Virus record (IMG/VR): IMGVR_UViG_3300036798_000249
Span: 3,165-67,164 of that record
Length of the DNA stretch: 64,000 nt
Source: a virus
Taxonomy: Duplodnaviria; Caudoviricetes
Reading direction: 5' to 3' (one strand)
A program made the position numbers and the translations under genes. Shown one piece after another: positions 43,047 through 53,064 of the stretch. The first letter of the stretch is position 1; every line of letters starts with the position of its first letter. Below the pieces are notes generated by a model, which did not search any database, was not told the origin of the DNA, and saw only the letters and a list, made by a program, of their open reading frames with translations.

Positions 43047-43524
43047 CGACATGCGCAAGCTAATCGAGATCGCATCTGGTGCAGCCGAGAAGCTGTTTCA
43101 TTCGCAGGGGTTCGTCCGGCCCATGTGGCACATGGTGACGGCCGACGGCGAGCATCTGGTCACCGGTGCGATATTTGGCGACAAGGACACTGACGTCGCG
43201 ATGATCAAAGCGCTGATGGTCCTTCGCCATGTCGTCCGCTTCGTCTTCGTCGACGAGGCTTGGATCATTGAGCGTTCCGGCAACATCGACAGGGCCGAGC
43301 TGACTCGGATCGGGCGACACGGGCTGAAAGATCATCCAGAGCGGAAAGAAATTCTTTTGTTCTCCGCTGAAGACCAAGGCGTCGGCATGCTCACCGCCCG
43401 CCGCGACATCATCCGCGACCGAGGGCGCAAGGCGCGGCTCAGTCCGTTGGTCATCGAGAAGCAGTGGTTACAGTCCGAGGGCAGAATGGTCGGCCTGCTG
43501 CCGCCGCTGGGGACGCGGCAATGA
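43036..43524 (+). CDS. Hypothetical protein
   Basis: GAGGGG RBS; FVDEAW...HPERKE. Confidence 0.6.
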   Translation: MTSDDMRKLIEIASGAAEKLFHSQGFVRPMWHMVTADGEHLVTGAIFGDKDTDVAMIKALMVLRHVVRFVFVDEAWIIERSGNIDRAELTRIGRHGLKDHPERKEILLFSAEDQGVGMLTARRDIIRDRGRKARLSPLVIEKQWLQSEGRMVGLLPPLGTRQ

Positions 43525-43733
43525 TGCCGGAGATGGGGTGGCAACCGCGCAAAGGATTTGATTGGTCGCATGTCGTGTGGGGCAAGCCAGAGTCGCCGCA
43601 GTCGGCGCTCTGTTCGTATTGCTCCGCTGGTATCGGCGAAGATGAGGTGCCGCTGATCATGTGGAGAAGCGACGGTCACGCCGCGCAGTTCTGCGATGAC
43701 TGCGTGCGCAAGTGGTGGGGAATGGTCTGCTAG
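43521..43733 (+). CDS. Small Zn-finger-like protein
   Basis: CSYC...CDDC. Confidence 0.55.
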   Translation: MMPEMGWQPRKGFDWSHVVWGKPESPQSALCSYCSAGIGEDEVPLIMWRSDGHAAQFCDDCVRKWWGMVC

Positions 43734-43754
43734 ACGGAGGGCGAGGAGCGAGCA

Positions 43755-44015
43755 ATGACCGCCTTAAAAATTAAGTGGATCGACCGCGGCTTCGATCCGC
43801 GGAATCCGCCGAACTCGAACTTTCCGAACGGGGTCGACGCCGATCTCCGATCGAATCGCGACGCGCCATCCTGCAAGGCCGATCTGCCCTATCCCGCGCG
43901 GCGATGCGGCCAATATTTGATCAAGTGCGGGAAATGCGGGCTGCGGGTCATGGTCACCACAGCCGGCCGTCGCGACGATCCGCGCTCTGTTCTGATGACG
44001 TGCAAGATGAGTTGA
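43755..44015 (+). CDS. Small Cys-rich protein
   Basis: GAGGAG RBS; C...RRCG...CGKC. Confidence 0.55.
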   Translation: MTALKIKWIDRGFDPRNPPNSNFPNGVDADLRSNRDAPSCKADLPYPARRCGQYLIKCGKCGLRVMVTTAGRRDDPRSVLMTCKMS

Positions 44016-44019
44016 TTTC

Positions 44020-44667
44020 ATGATGCTTGGCGATCTCTACGTCATCGAGCCATATCCGCCGGCAAAGATGCTCAAGGCGCTGGCGGTGATCGCCGACACG
44101 TTGCATCCGGCGTTCGACATGCGCCCGGATATCAAGCCGTTCTACTCTCGGCGCGGCTGCGTCATCTCTTCGCTGACGGTGCGCGATTTCCTGCTGCGCA
44201 TCGGCTTCGATGCGATCGCGCGGCCGGTCGCGACTGTGATCTGGGCCGAGCGCGAGGGCAAGCTTATGCACTCGCTGGCGATCGGCGCACCGCACGACAA
44301 GCGCGGCATTGAGGGCAATTGGAAGGGACACATGGTGGTCACGGTCGAGACCGATGTCGGCGAATTCCTGATCGACACCACGCTCTATCCGGTTCGACGT
44401 CCGCAATGGCGAGACTTGCCCGGCATGATAGCACTCCCGCTTTCGTCCGAGCGGGTGCGCTCGCTCATATGGTGGCGCCTCGAAATGATCGCGAGCGCCA
44501 GCTACGGCGATGACGTCCTGATCGGATGGTTCGACAACCCGCGCAACAAGAGCTGGGCATACGGCCCCGACGGTCGTGATCCGTTCCGACGCGCGCCGGT
44601 GACGGCAGCGCTGGTCGAGAAATTCGGGGTCTGGAAAGACACGCCAGAGGAAAAGGCTGCATCATGA
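44020..44667 (+). CDS. Hypothetical protein (215 aa), possibly transglutaminase-like
   Basis: RGCVISS...GHMVV...IDTT gives a possible Cys-His-Asp order (weak). Confidence 0.55.
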   Translation: MMLGDLYVIEPYPPAKMLKALAVIADTLHPAFDMRPDIKPFYSRRGCVISSLTVRDFLLRIGFDAIARPVATVIWAEREGKLMHSLAIGAPHDKRGIEGNWKGHMVVTVETDVGEFLIDTTLYPVRRPQWRDLPGMIALPLSSERVRSLIWWRLEMIASASYGDDVLIGWFDNPRNKSWAYGPDGRDPFRRAPVTAALVEKFGVWKDTPEEKAAS

Positions 44668-44933
44668 CGAAAAAACTAGGCGACGCGCCGATCGACGAGA
44701 AATATCGCGACATGATGAATGGCGTGGCGAAAGCTCTCGACAGCACTTTCAACGGTGGCATGCATGGCGCCGACCGCAAGGTGGGCTTTGTCCTGCTGGT
44801 CTTCGAATTTGGCGAGAAGGAAGGCCGTTGCAATTACATCAGCAACGGCGCCGACCGGAGCGACATCGTCACGCTGTTCAAGGAGCAGATCAAACGCTTC
44901 GAAGGCCAGCCGGACGTGAAGGGGAATGCGTGA
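44664..44933 (+). CDS. Hypothetical phage protein
   Basis: GFVLLVFEFG...CNYISNGADR. Confidence 0.65.
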   Translation: MTKKLGDAPIDEKYRDMMNGVAKALDSTFNGGMHGADRKVGFVLLVFEFGEKEGRCNYISNGADRSDIVTLFKEQIKRFEGQPDVKGNA

Positions 44934-45121
44934 TGACCGAGTCGGACGACATCTTTCAATGCACAGAGACAACGCCATGGGATCGCAAGGCGCACGGCTC
45001 CGTGCGTCACCATGGTGCTGCCGAAGTTGGCGAGCAGCGAGACGGTTATCCTGGCGGCGACATTGTGACGATGCGCTGCCGGTTTTGCGGACATAGTTGG
45101 GAAGAAGAATTACCGCAGTGA
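44933..45121 (+). CDS. Small Zn-ribbon-like protein
   Basis: MRCRFCGHSWEEELPQ. Confidence 0.55.
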   Translation: MTESDDIFQCTETTPWDRKAHGSVRHHGAAEVGEQRDGYPGGDIVTMRCRFCGHSWEEELPQ

Positions 45122-45197
45122 GCGCCGCGCGAGCCGGTGATGGCAGCGCTTCGAAGGCCAGTCGGACTTGAAGGGCCACGCATGACGGAGTTTGCCT

Positions 45198-45419
45198 ATG
45201 GGCTTTGCGTATTGCACGGGGCCGTGCCTGACCTGCGGCGGTCTTTTCATCTTCAATCCGATGCGGGTGCCGAGCTTTCGCGTCAATGGAATTCGCGAGC
45301 CGGTTTGCGAGGACTGCCTTACCGGGGTCATCAACCCGCGACGCGTTGAGGCTGGCCTGCCGCCTTTCGAGATCATGCGAGGCGCCTATGAGGCCTGCGA
45401 CGAATCGGAGCTGGGATGA
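45198..45419 (+). CDS. Small Zn-finger-like protein
   Basis: CLTC...CEDC; GGAG RBS. Confidence 0.55.
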   Translation: MGFAYCTGPCLTCGGLFIFNPMRVPSFRVNGIREPVCEDCLTGVINPRRVEAGLPPFEIMRGAYEACDESELG

Positions 45420-45979
45420 GGAAATGCGGCGACTGCCAGTTGTGCTGCAAGCTTCTGCCGGTGCGCGAGCTCCAGAAGCCGGCGAATACGAAGTGCCAGC
45501 ATCAGACTTTCGCCAAGGGCTGCGGCGTCTATCACAAGCCGGGCATGCCGCCATCGTGCGCGCTTTGGAATTGTCGATGGCTCGTCAACAACGACACGAC
45601 GCACATGAGCCGCCCGGATCGCTCGCACTACGTCATCGACATCATGCCGGATTATCTCAAGATAGTGCGCGAGCCCGGCGCCGAGCCGGTCATCGTCGAG
45701 GCCGTGCAGATTTGGTGCGATCCGAAATTTCCAGACGCGCACCGCGATCCAGACTTGCGCGCGTATCTGGCGCGGCGCGGCGAGGAGAGCATCGCCGGCC
45801 TGGTGCGCTACTCCTCGGCCGATGGGTTTGTGATCATCCCGCCCGCGATGATGGACAACGGGCAATGGTACGAGTCGCGCGGTGAAGTTCTTAAGTTGAT
45901 AGAACGCGCGACCGACGCCGGCTATGCGAGAGACGTCTTCGCCAATCTCGCCAAGGCCCGAAAGGTGAGGCTGGGATGA
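45416..45979 (+). CDS. Cys-cluster protein (YkgJ-like)
   Basis: RKCGDCQLCC...CQH...GCGVY...P.SC..WNC.WL. Confidence 0.7.
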   Translation: MRKCGDCQLCCKLLPVRELQKPANTKCQHQTFAKGCGVYHKPGMPPSCALWNCRWLVNNDTTHMSRPDRSHYVIDIMPDYLKIVREPGAEPVIVEAVQIWCDPKFPDAHRDPDLRAYLARRGEESIAGLVRYSSADGFVIIPPAMMDNGQWYESRGEVLKLIERATDAGYARDVFANLAKARKVRLG

Positions 45980-46554
45980 GCCCGTTCCGCGCCAAGCTGC
46001 AGGCCGTTCTCGAGGCGCCGACGCCGCCGCGCTTTGCTTTCGGCGATCTGCCGCTGCTGATGGAGGTCGGCATGATCCTCGAATTCGGCGTCGCCTACGG
46101 CATCACGTTCAACGAGCTGTGCCGCGCGGTGGCGCCGCACCCGGTCTACGGCTTCGATTGGTTTCACGGACTGCCCGAGGATTGGAAGCCGCAAGTCGGT
46201 CGCGGCGCGTTCTCGACCAAGGGCGTGCCGCCGGCCGTCGAGACAAACGGCAAGCTGGTGATCGGCCTGGTGCAGCATACGCTGGCCGGCTTCCTGCAGG
46301 CGCATCCCGAGCCGCTGGCATTCGCCCATTTTGACATGGACCTTTATTCTGCGACTAGCGTGGCGCTGATGATGCTCGCCGATGCCGGTCGCTGCCGCCC
46401 CGGCGTGATCATGCTGTTCGATGAAATCACGATCGCGGACGGCGGCGTTGATCATGAGCAGAAGGCCTTCGCCGAGTTCCTCGAAGCCGCCGGTTTTGAT
46501 TTCGAATTGGTCGGGCGGCGCAGCGCGACCGCCTACGCCTTCCGCCTGGTCTGA
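45976..46554 (+). CDS. TylF/MycF-like class I SAM methyltransferase
   Basis: LEFGVAYG, YGFDWF.GLPEDW, AHFDMDLYSAT, PG..MLFDE. Confidence 0.85.
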   Translation: MSPFRAKLQAVLEAPTPPRFAFGDLPLLMEVGMILEFGVAYGITFNELCRAVAPHPVYGFDWFHGLPEDWKPQVGRGAFSTKGVPPAVETNGKLVIGLVQHTLAGFLQAHPEPLAFAHFDMDLYSATSVALMMLADAGRCRPGVIMLFDEITIADGGVDHEQKAFAEFLEAAGFDFELVGRRSATAYAFRLV

Positions 46555-46597
46555 AACCCCGAATGCCCGGCTACACGACGACGAAAGGATCACCGCC

Positions 46598-46741
46598 ATG
46601 AAAGAAGCCGCTCGCGATCTGTTCATAGTGACCATCGTTCTGCCGGTCACCTGCGCTGTCATTATGATCGTCGGCTTTGGCGTCATAGTCCGCGATGGAT
46701 ACAGATCAATTCGGCGCAGATTCGTCCGGCGCGCTCATTGA
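46598..46741 (+). CDS. Small single-TM protein
   Basis: LFIVTIVLPVTCAVIMIVGFGVIV followed by basic tail. Confidence 0.5.
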   Translation: MKEAARDLFIVTIVLPVTCAVIMIVGFGVIVRDGYRSIRRRFVRRAH

Positions 46742-46772
46742 TCCCGGCGGTTCTTCGGTCAATTGCGGACAT

Positions 46773-46798
46773 AAAAAAAGGGCCGGCGAAGCCGACCC
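46773..46798 (-). terminator. Intrinsic terminator of the tail operon
   Basis: GGGTCGGC-TTC-GCCGGCCC followed by T7 on minus strand, at the convergence point. Confidence 0.6.
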
Positions 46799-46841
46799 AG
46801 ATCGGGGGAGGTGTCCAACCTTTACCCAGGGAGCGCGACGC

Positions 46842-46991
46842 CTACCGAACGCCGCGCCGATTGATCCTTATCACGCTCCTGATCAGCCGCGCAACGACGG
46901 GAGCTGCCTGCGGTTTACTTCGCTGACCAAGGCGAAGCGTGCCGATCCTCGCGGCCAGCTGGCGCGTCTTCTCGCAGAATCGGCAGGCCAT
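46842..46991 (-). CDS. 49-aa basic peptide with N-terminal CxxC
   Basis: [17 protein letters not shown]...; TGATG overlap with the fibre stop. Confidence 0.4.
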   Translation of the reverse strand: MACRFCEKTRQLAARIGTLRLGQRSKPQAAPVVARLIRSVIRINRRGVR

Positions 46992-48055
46992 CAGTAATAC
47001 TCGTCGATGATGATGAGACCCGAGCCGCCATTGCCGCCTTTTTGCCCGTTTCCAGACGCAGGCGCCCCAGCGCCACCAGCGCCGAGCGAGTAAGCATAGC
47101 TAGGTGCTGGAGATACGATCAGCTTCTCGCAATAGCCACCGCCGCCGCCGCCGCCGCCCGAGTTGGCGGGACCGCCCGTGCCACCGATGCCGCCGCCGCC
47201 ACCACCACCACCAGTGAATGACGGCGCATCGGCTCCGGGACTATTGTAGGTGCCTATGGCACCGCCGCCAAAAAAGCTGTTGCCGCCAGCGGGGCCGCTT
47301 GCCCCTCCACCAGAAGGTGCGGTCGCACAGGCGCCACCGCCGCCGCCTTGGATGCCGTAGTCCCCGCCAGCGCCGCCACCGCCACCGCCGCCGGTCTGTT
47401 GGCCAGCACTGCCGCCACCGCCGCTCATTGAACCGAATGTCGTGGTGCCACCATCTTGGCCGCGCGTCGGTGTAACTCCCTGACCGCCGCCGCCACCGCC
47501 GCCGACCAAGCGGACGTTGATGGCCTTGCAATTAGCGGGCGTGGTATAGGTGCCGCTGCCACTCGTTAGGACGGTGCGCGTGCGCGGCGAGAATGAATTG
47601 ATGTTGGCGCGCGCTTGAACCTGTTGTGGCGCCGTCAGCGTTTGCGCGACGTCCCAGCGGATAGCGCCGTCGGCATATTGCTTGGTTGCGGCCTGCAACG
47701 CCAAGGTTGGATTTGCATTGAGCGTCAGCGGCCCGGTGAGCGTGCCGCCAGCGATCGACAAGACGCCGGACCAAGTGGCATTCAATCGGCCATAGCTCGC
47801 GCCATCGGTCGGCGCTTCGCCAAGCCCGCCCGGTGGTCCAGGCGTGCCTTGCGGCCCTGGTAAACCTTGCGGCCCCGTCTGTCCTTGCGGCCCCTGCGGC
47901 CCCGCGATGCCCTGCGGCCCTTGCGCTCCCGTTGGACCAGCTGGCCCAATTGGCGCCACCGTGAGCGTTTGATTTTCCGCCGTCGCGCTCTTGATGAGCG
48001 TGATGCGCGGTGTGCCGCCAGCAAGATTGAAGCGCTCGCCGCCGTTCATGATCAA
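46991..48055 (-). CDS. Collagen-repeat, glycine-rich fibre protein
   Basis: GXY repeats; [21 protein letters not shown]....AATKQYAD; SGTYTTP....V.LVGGGGGG. Confidence 0.8.
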   Translation of the reverse strand: MIMNGGERFNLAGGTPRITLIKSATAENQTLTVAPIGPAGPTGAQGPQGIAGPQGPQGQTGPQGLPGPQGTPGPPGGLGEAPTDGASYGRLNATWSGVLSIAGGTLTGPLTLNANPTLALQAATKQYADGAIRWDVAQTLTAPQQVQARANINSFSPRTRTVLTSGSGTYTTPANCKAINVRLVGGGGGGGQGVTPTRGQDGGTTTFGSMSGGGGSAGQQTGGGGGGGAGGDYGIQGGGGGACATAPSGGGASGPAGGNSFFGGGAIGTYNSPGADAPSFTGGGGGGGGIGGTGGPANSGGGGGGGGYCEKLIVSPAPSYAYSLGAGGAGAPASGNGQKGGNGGSGLIIIDEYY

Positions 48056-48789
48056 CCCACGCGCATCACGCTGAGAACAGGCCTATAAGGCACACCAGAG
48101 TTCGTAGAGACGTTGCCATTTATAGAAGAACTCGCGGCTATCTGCGCCACGTCGCCGGCGGCCGCGTACCAGAGCAGTGAGGCTTCCACCATGCCGTCTC
48201 CATTAACTGCCGCGGCGGTGCGACACATTCCACGTTGCACGCCATTGACGTAAATCCAGACATCGATGGCCGTCCCTGCTGCGCCGGTGGACAGATAAGT
48301 ACGGGCTTGGATGAGATAGAACCCGGCGCTCGGCATCTTGATGTGATTGTTCGCGACGTCGCCCATCGACGAACCAGAGCTGTCGTTATCCACTGTATCG
48401 AGCGGAATCATGATCACGCCGCCATTATAAATTGTCGTGAAAACAGCTGCGCGTGACATCTTGCACACGGCTGGCGCGATACCTGGACCAGCGGGTCCAG
48501 TCGCGCCGATCGGTCCCTGCGCGCCGGTCGGCCCAGGCGGACCCGTATTGCCGATCGGTCCCTGCGATCCGGTCGCGCCGGTCGGCCCCTGCGGACCCGT
48601 ATTGCCGGTCGATCCTTGCGGTCCGGTTGCGCCGATCGGTCCGATTGGCCCCTGCGGTCCGGGCTCGCCTTGTTGACCAGTGCCGCCCGGTCCCTGCGGC
48701 CCCGGCGGCCCGGCAACGCCTTGCGGACCAGTCGGCCCAACCGGTCCTGCCGGGCCGGTCGGCGGCATCGTGAGAACTTGCAAGCTCAT
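48052..48789 (-). CDS. Collagen-repeat protein with C1q-like C-terminal domain
   Basis: About 30 GXY triplets; IP.DTV..D...[11 protein letters not shown]...IYVNG...AGD..QI. Confidence 0.8.
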   Translation of the reverse strand: MSLQVLTMPPTGPAGPVGPTGPQGVAGPPGPQGPGGTGQQGEPGPQGPIGPIGATGPQGSTGNTGPQGPTGATGSQGPIGNTGPPGPTGAQGPIGATGPAGPGIAPAVCKMSRAAVFTTIYNGGVIMIPLDTVDNDSSGSSMGDVANNHIKMPSAGFYLIQARTYLSTGAAGTAIDVWIYVNGVQRGMCRTAAAVNGDGMVEASLLWYAAAGDVAQIAASSSINGNVSTNSGVPYRPVLSVMRVG

Positions 48790-49163
48790 CGCGTCGTGCC
48801 CTCGACGACCGCGGCCGTGCCTTCCCAGAGTCTCTCCTGCCACCCGTTCGGCATCAGTCGCACGATGTCGCTGACGTAGCTGCCAGGAATCAATTGGCTC
48901 AAGCGATTGCGATCCATCAGGATGGTGAACTCACCCCCAACCGCGTCAGTGATTTGAATTCCATTGCTCGGAGAGAAGATCGAGACGACGACATTGCGAT
49001 CGCTCTCACTTCTCCTGACTTCCATTTTCAAGACCGAGCCCGTCAGATCGATCGGCGTCAAGGTAACGCCATCAGTACCGAGTGTCTGATACAGGAACGG
49101 CACGATCCAATCATCGTTCATCGCGATGTTCATCGTACCGGTGTAATATGCAGGACCGGACAT
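48786..49163 (-). CDS. Tail/baseplate beta-sandwich protein
   Basis: [13 protein letters not shown]...GIQITDA..GEFTI...G.YVSDI...LWEG. Confidence 0.65.
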   Translation of the reverse strand: MSGPAYYTGTMNIAMNDDWIVPFLYQTLGTDGVTLTPIDLTGSVLKMEVRRSESDRNVVVSIFSPSNGIQITDAVGGEFTILMDRNRLSQLIPGSYVSDIVRLMPNGWQERLWEGTAAVVEGTTR

Positions 49164-49177
49164 TTGTTGTTGATCCC

Positions 49178-50500
49178 TTAGCCGTACTGTCCGCCAGTGG
49201 CGACGCTTCCAGCAGTGCTTCCAGGATAATAGTTTATGTTGCCTGTGCCGCCGGCAATGGTGGAGTTCAGCGTGGCCGAGTATTTTTGCCCGGTCACAAA
49301 CGCGGCTCCAGTTATCGAGCTATAGGGAACCCACGACGCAGAAAGCTGGTCCGCTGATACGAATGCACCTATAGAGACAGCGCCCAGAATTGTCAGCGGC
49401 GGTTGATTTGCAGAGTCTGATCGTATCGATCCAATAGACTCGCAGCGCATATGGGCGTTTGCGTTAGCACCGCCCTCTATGACTATCCCAGCGCCACCCG
49501 CTCCAAGACCCAATGCAGCAAACATGCAACTCATATGATATCTGGCGCACGCTCCAAATCTCAATGCAGTCACATGACATGTTGCCGCACTGCCGACGAT
49601 TATTCCATCAAGCTGTCCAGAACCAGGAGCCGACAACCTAAACCCGTCAACTGTGTAATAGCTATTAGAAACTGAAACTGCGTGCGACGAACCGTTACCT
49701 GCAATCGCGCAGTTTTGCGGCTGCGCCACATTGCCCACGAGATGAACGGTACCGGCTCCGTTCTGCTGACCTAGAATTACCTGTCCGGTGTACGCTCCAT
49801 CGGCGACGTTAATGAACTGATCGTAGCCATTCATGTTGTATTTGTACGTCTCCGTCACGGCCCGCTGAATCGTCCTGAACGGCCCGATTGCTCCCGCCCC
49901 GACGGTCGGCGACGTTCCGTCGTGATTGACATCGTCTCCTGATCCGCTGTTGACATACCAATTGGCATTGGCTTTCAGCATCGGCAACACGCCAGACACA
50001 CGCGCTGACTGCCCGGCAACTATCATCCATTCTGTGCCATCAAAGAACAACAGCAACCAGCCGGTTGCAAGTACGTCACCGATCCCTATCGGCGTGAGAT
50101 CGGCGTTGGTCACCGGAGCAAACGCGCTGCCGTTGACGGAAAAAACCGTGCCACCGTTCACGCTGGCAAACTTTGGTTCAAACCAGATCGCGCAGCCAAG
50201 CGGCGGCGGCATGATCGGAAGCGTTGGGATTGTGCAACTCCATTGCGAGGCATTGCCTTGATTTATGCCCACTTTGAAATGGTTGAACACGTCCGTGATC
50301 TTGAGCATTTGCAGCAGCTGCGTGAGATCGGCATTGGTGCCGACCAGCCCTGCCGCCTGCAACGCGTTCATGATTTCGCGCTGCGGATATTCAATCGACG
50401 CCGCAGGCACGATCGAGCCCTGGATGCCGGCCGCCGGATTGCCGTCGATATAAGGCGCGTTCGGGTTGGACGGCTGATCGAAAGGTTGATTGTATTGCAC
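49178..50500 (-). CDS. Tail fibre with possible beta-helix domain
   Basis: GSIVPA..IEYPQREI.N...AAG...DLTQL; YVNSGSGDD...PFRTIQRAV. Confidence 0.8.
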   Translation of the reverse strand: MQYNQPFDQPSNPNAPYIDGNPAAGIQGSIVPAASIEYPQREIMNALQAAGLVGTNADLTQLLQMLKITDVFNHFKVGINQGNASQWSCTIPTLPIMPPPLGCAIWFEPKFASVNGGTVFSVNGSAFAPVTNADLTPIGIGDVLATGWLLLFFDGTEWMIVAGQSARVSGVLPMLKANANWYVNSGSGDDVNHDGTSPTVGAGAIGPFRTIQRAVTETYKYNMNGYDQFINVADGAYTGQVILGQQNGAGTVHLVGNVAQPQNCAIAGNGSSHAVSVSNSYYTVDGFRLSAPGSGQLDGIIVGSAATCHVTALRFGACARYHMSCMFAALGLGAGGAGIVIEGGANANAHMRCESIGSIRSDSANQPPLTILGAVSIGAFVSADQLSASWVPYSSITGAAFVTGQKYSATLNSTIAGGTGNINYYPGSTAGSVATGGQYG

Positions 50501-50515
50501 AGCAAAGCCCCTTTT

Positions 50516-51196
50516 TTAGAAAGTTGTCACTTCGTCCCATTCGGTCGTCACTGCGAACGACCACAGACCGGTCGCCGGCACGGTGGCGCGAATCACGAAG
50601 CCCTCGTTGGTGACCAGCATCAATGGATGCTCGCCCTGTTGCTTTTCGAACAGCGTCATGATGCTTGCGCTAAACGTCGTGTTGATAGCGACTGGCGCGT
50701 TCAACGTGCGCGAGTCGAGCGGAGCGGGATCGAGCACGCGCGTTCCTGGGACCAGCGCCGCCGTGGTGGCGACCATGATGTCCGCCAGCGACGTCCCCAT
50801 ACTGGTGCGCAGTTTTGCGTGATTGCCGCTGAGATCGGCCGCCGAGCCGCCGCCATCCGGCGAGGTGAAGTTGCGGGCCGCGAACAAGTCGAACGTCACG
50901 AGCCCGGCCGCGAACGCGGTGCCGAGCGTCCAGGCGTTGATGCGCACGCGACGCAGGAGGCCGGTCAATGACGCGGGCCAGTAGAACGAATAGATCGGCG
51001 CATTGGCGGCGAGGCCGGCGGCCATGATGCCGCTCTTGGCGCAGTGCTGGAACATGCCGCCGGTTTCGTAATCGATCGGATATCCGGTCGCAAAGATCAT
51101 CGACCGTTGCAGCGACCCGTCGCCGCCCGACGAGAGATCACGCATCCGCAGCATGAAGACGTCGCCGACGCCGTCTTTTATTTGTTTGTTGTCCAT
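50516..51196 (-). CDS. Hypothetical tail-associated protein
   Basis: Packed between gp48-like and fibre genes. Confidence 0.6.
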   Translation of the reverse strand: MDNKQIKDGVGDVFMLRMRDLSSGGDGSLQRSMIFATGYPIDYETGGMFQHCAKSGIMAAGLAANAPIYSFYWPASLTGLLRRVRINAWTLGTAFAAGLVTFDLFAARNFTSPDGGGSAADLSGNHAKLRTSMGTSLADIMVATTAALVPGTRVLDPAPLDSRTLNAPVAINTTFSASIMTLFEKQQGEHPLMLVTNEGFVIRATVPATGLWSFAVTTEWDEVTTF

Positions 51197-51919
51197 CTAC
51201 ATTATCCCCAAGCCGAGATAGGACGTATTGAACGTCTGGGAGAAGTCGAGCGCGACGACCGACGAGAAGTCGTAGACGATGACGGTATGCGCCGGCTTCC
51301 AGCGAGCGAGAACGCATTCGAGGTCTTGGGGGACGCCGATCGCCAGCAGTCTGTCGACGCCGCATTCGCTGATGCCGGTGCGAAAGTAGGTCAGCGCCAG
51401 CGCGTTGACGTGGACGGTCCAGTAATATCGAATTTCAGGTGGCCCGAGCTGCCACATGAAATGCGCCGGGTCTTCTGGATTATCCAATTTCGAGCGCGTG
51501 TCGCCGACGCGGGAGATGCCGCACTGATACGGCAGATACTCGGTGATGGTGATGGTGTAGCCGAGGCGAGTGGCGACATCGATGTAGAATTGTCTGCTCT
51601 GCCCCCCCAGCATCGTCATCTTCATGAGCAGCGCCTGCCGGCGCGCGACGATGCCTTGCGGTGCTGTCACGCAGGGATCAGGCAAGCCCCATGCGCGCTC
51701 CCAATCGGGCAGCAATTCGACGGTCAATCGAGGATCGGACTCGATTTCCAACAAGTCGGCGGCGCGGCTGTCGACGAAGCCCCAATAATCGGCCAAGCCC
51801 ATGCAGGTCTGGACCAGAGTCGACCAAGCATGCCTCGGCCAAGCCGGTCCTTGCGGCAACAGCGCAAGGAAAGCCTGGGCGTAATCCGCGCCGCTGCGTC
51901 GAGCATGAACATCAGCCAT
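51197..51919 (-). CDS. Mu gp48-like baseplate protein (YmfQ/DUF2313)
   Basis: LALLPQGPAWP, LLPDWERAWGLPD, LECVL.RWKPAHT. Confidence 0.85.
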   Translation of the reverse strand: MADVHARRSGADYAQAFLALLPQGPAWPRHAWSTLVQTCMGLADYWGFVDSRAADLLEIESDPRLTVELLPDWERAWGLPDPCVTAPQGIVARRQALLMKMTMLGGQSRQFYIDVATRLGYTITITEYLPYQCGISRVGDTRSKLDNPEDPAHFMWQLGPPEIRYYWTVHVNALALTYFRTGISECGVDRLLAIGVPQDLECVLARWKPAHTVIVYDFSSVVALDFSQTFNTSYLGLGIM

Positions 51920-53057
51920 GGCTCGAATAAGCAATGCTTTGCTGAGTAACCGGCGGGGGCACCGGCGCGGTGCTGTAGTAGAGATCGCCCAAAGTCGCCA
52001 TGTGGCCGTTGTCCGGCATGATGTCGTCCTCGACCGTCGTCATGTCGAAGGAGACGACGCCGGCCGCACTCATCACGGCGGCAAATTTCCATGCCGCGTA
52101 GATCGTTTGCCCAGGCGCGGCATACAGATAGAGCATGTCGAGGATTGATTGCTCGATGGCGGCGCGCACGGCCGTCGTATCTGGATTGAGATTGGCGATA
52201 TCGAAATCGATCAGCTGCTTGAGCGGCGCGAGCACCCAGCATTCCTTCACGGTCACCGGACGCACGGTATTGAGATAGGCGGAAACCGTGTCGACGTCTT
52301 GTGGCAACGGAAAGCCGGCATTGTCGGCGCGAAGGTCGTCCATCATGAAGCGCACCGAAACGGTGCCTATGCCCATCTCCATCGGCGAGCACCAGGCGCG
52401 TGTGACGCCGGGCACGGCGAGCGCCCATGCCTCGTAGTCCGTCGCATCGCCGCCCATCGGCGGCTGCCGGATGCGAAAGAGCACGCGGGCGCGGAGCTCG
52501 TCGTCGGTCTCGTCATCGGTGCCGCCGTCGAGCGTGTCGACCGTGATCGAGTCAACGATGCCGGCGAGCGGCGTCTGCAGCGCGAGCTCGGTGCCTGGAA
52601 GAAGATTGCCGATCGTGCCGGTATCGATGGCGAAGATCGGCGCCGGGGTCGGCAGACCGGTGGCGTCGGTCTGGATGTCGGCGGTGGTCTGATAGGTGAC
52701 GCCGGTGGTGTAGGAAAGCAGGGTGCCGTTTGGCACCAGCACGGTGCCGGTCGAGGTGACGAAATCGGCCGTGCCCTTGGCCTGGGTCGCGAGCTTGCGC
52801 CCGGTCGATCCGTCGGCATTCGTGAGCCAGATATGCCCGTGCCGGTCCAACCAAACAGTCTCGGCCGTGTCCGGCAAGAGCTGCAGCGCCAGCCAATCGA
52901 TGTATTGGAGCGTGAGATGGCAGAGCGCGCCCATCGCGTCGGAAAGAACGCGCAGCACGCTGTTGGGCACGTTCGCGTCGGACCCGGGCAGCTTGGCGTG
53001 GATGCTGTCGCGCACCAGGCCGCGAACGATGCTGAGTGTCGGCGTCGACCAGGGCAT
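51912..53057 (-). CDS. Baseplate J-like protein (Mu gp47)
   Basis: LPDTAE..WLDRH, GGTDDETDDELRARVL, GG.A.DYEAWALAVPGVTRAW. Confidence 0.92.
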   Translation of the reverse strand: MPWSTPTLSIVRGLVRDSIHAKLPGSDANVPNSVLRVLSDAMGALCHLTLQYIDWLALQLLPDTAETVWLDRHGHIWLTNADGSTGRKLATQAKGTADFVTSTGTVLVPNGTLLSYTTGVTYQTTADIQTDATGLPTPAPIFAIDTGTIGNLLPGTELALQTPLAGIVDSITVDTLDGGTDDETDDELRARVLFRIRQPPMGGDATDYEAWALAVPGVTRAWCSPMEMGIGTVSVRFMMDDLRADNAGFPLPQDVDTVSAYLNTVRPVTVKECWVLAPLKQLIDFDIANLNPDTTAVRAAIEQSILDMLYLYAAPGQTIYAAWKFAAVMSAAGVVSFDMTTVEDDIMPDNGHMATLGDLYYSTAPVPPPVTQQSIAYSSHG

Positions 53058-53064
53058 GTTTGTT

